The translations under genes were made by a program, and so were the position numbers. Shown here piece after piece: positions 61,970 through 64,000 of a stretch of 64,000 nucleotides of DNA. The notes below the pieces were generated by a model. That model did not search any database. It was not told the origin of the DNA and saw nothing but the letters and a program-made list of their open reading frames with translations. The stretch's first letter is position 1, and each line of letters begins with the position of its first letter. This stretch comes from the human T2T-CHM13v2.0 reference genome, Homo sapiens. Location of the stretch: assembly GCF_009914755.1 (NCBI RefSeq), contig NC_060927.1; one strand, written 5' to 3'.

Positions 61970-62600
61970 GGCTGGGCACAGTGGCTCACGCCTATAATCC
62001 CAGCATTTTGGGAGGCCAAGGCAAGTGGATCACTCGAGGCTAGGAGATCAAGACCAACCTGGCCAACATGGTGAAACCCTGTCTCTACTAAAAATACAAA
62101 AATTAGTTGGGCATGGTGGCACACGCCTGTAATCCCAGCTACCCAGGAGGCTGAGGCATGAGAATCACCTGAGCCCAGGAGGCGGAGGTTGCAGTAAGCT
62201 AAAATCGCACCATTGCACTCCAGCCTGGGTGACAGAACTAGAGTGAGCCAAGATCATGCCACTGCACTCCAGCCTGGGTGACAGAGCTAGACTGTCTCAA
62301 AAGAAAAAAAAAAGCCAGATGCAGTGGCTCATGCCTGTAATCCCAAGACTTTGGGAGGCCAAGGCAGGCAGATCACCTGAGGTCGGGAGTTCCAGACCAG
62401 CCTGACCAACATGGAGAAACCCCATCTCTACTAAAAATACAAAATTAGCCAGGTGTGGTGGTCCATGCCTGTAATCCCAGCTAATTGGGAGGCTGAGGCA
62501 GGAGAATCGCTTGAACCCAGGAGGTGGAGGTTGCAGTGAGCCAAGATCATGCTAGCCTGGGCGACGAGTGAAACTCCATCTCAAAAAAAAAAAAGAAAAG
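61970..62600 (+). mobile_element. Tandem Alus (61970-62312 with duplicated 3' end; 62313-62600)
   Basis: Two head-to-tail sense Alus; the 3' ~50 nt of the first is repeated. Confidence 0.92.
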
Positions 62601-64000
62601 AAACCAAGACCCAACTATATGCTGCCTACAAGAAACCCACTTTACCTATAAAGACACATAGACTGAAAGTGAAGGCATGGAAAAAGATATTCATTGCAAG
62701 TGGAAACCAAAAGAGAGCAAGAGAAAATATACTTAGAGAAGGTCACTATATAATGATAAAGGAGTCAGTTCATCAAGAGTAACAATTATAAATATCTACC
62801 CAACACCAGAACACTCAAGTATATAAAACAAACATTAATAGATCTAAAGGGAAAGATAGACTGCAATACAGTAATACAATACTACAATACATAGGGGACT
62901 TCAACACCCTACTGTTAGTGATGGACAGATCATTCAGGCAGAAGACAAACGTCATAGTCAAACTGCATACTAGACCAAACAGACCTAACTGATATTTACA
63001 GAAGATTTCACCCAACTGCTACAGAAAAGACATTATTTTCATCAGCATGTGGAATATTCTCCAGAATAGAGCAAATTATAAGCCACAAAACTAGTCACAA
63101 CGAATTTAAAAAAGCAGAAATCATATATATCTTTTCTGACCACAGTGAAATAAAATTAGAAATCAATAGTAAGAGGAACCTCAGAAACTACACAAACACA
63201 TGAAAATTAGACAACATACTCATGAACAACAAATGCATCAGAGAATAAATTAAAAAGGGAAATTTTTAATTTCTTGAAACAAATGAAAACGGAAATACAC
63301 ATCCAAAATCTACAGGATACAGTAAAAGGAGTAATACAGTAAAGGGGAAGTTTGTAGCAATAAATGCTTACATCAAAAAACGTAGGAAGACTTCAAATAA
63401 CCGAATGGATGCACCCAAATGCGCTAAAAAAGCAATAACCAAACCCCCAATTAGTACTAGGAAGCAAATAATAAAGATCAGAGCAGAAATAAATGAAATT
63501 GAGCCTAAAAAATACAGAAGATCAATGAAGCAAAAAGTTGATTTTTTGAAAAGATAAAATCAACGAAACTTTAGCTAGACTAAGAAAAAGAGATGACCCA
63601 AATAAAATCAGAAAGAAAATGGAGACATAACAACTGGAAACCACAGAAATATAAAGAATCATTAGACACTGTTATGAACAACTATACACCAACAAATTTG
63701 AAAACCTAAAAGAAATAGATAAATTCCTGGATATATGCAGTCTACCAAGATTGAACCATGAAGAAATAGAAAACCTCAACAAACCAATAACAAATAACAA
63801 GATCACAACTGTAATAAAAAGTCTTCTGCCAAAGAAAATCTCAGGACCTGATGGCTTCAATTCTAAATTCTACCAAACATTTAAAGAATAACTAATACCA
63901 ATTATACTCAAACTCTTCAAAAAAATTTGAAGAGGAGGGGAAACTTCCAAACTCATTCTGTGAGGCCAGAATTGCCCTGATAGCAAAACCAGACAAGGAC

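Larger units (their letters stand above)
61430..64000 (+). mobile_element. Old L1 (ORF1 end, ORF2 endonuclease to RT), interrupted by Alus
   Basis: ccagcaaagctatccttcaaatatgaagg (ORF1), ggggacttcaacacccta, tctgaccacagtgaaataaaattagaaatc, caggacctgatggcttc...aattctaccaaacatttaaagaa (ORF2). Confidence 0.9.

Overview
Primate (almost certainly human) genomic DNA with two convergent, interleaved genes. On + are the last ten coding exons of ARMC8 (armadillo-repeat subunit of the CTLH/GID E3 ligase, GID5 orthologue), 16306-48458, followed by its 3'UTR to about 50940. On - are five coding exons of NME9/TXNDC6 (NDK domain and C-terminal tail), 59046-54206, plus a distant alternative last exon at 15153-15107. 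That exon comes from a MER5-type hAT transposon and is reached through a ~41 kb intron spanning all ten ARMC8 exons in antisense. The rest is intron rich in Alu, L1, L2, MIR and MER elements. The least expected signal is a heavily decayed but colinear Ty3/Gypsy pol fossil on + at about 10340-13320, of sushi/chromovirus type. Manual translation gives RT, RNase H, integrase (GLLQPLP-like, first D, HPQTDG-like/E), GPY/F, HPVFHVS-like and possibly chromodomain motifs in the correct order, interrupted by L2/MIR-like insertions. A separate degenerate retropepsin-like segment lies at about 650-1200. Gene identities come from recognising the spliced translations. Repeat boundaries and family calls were made by eye and are approximate.
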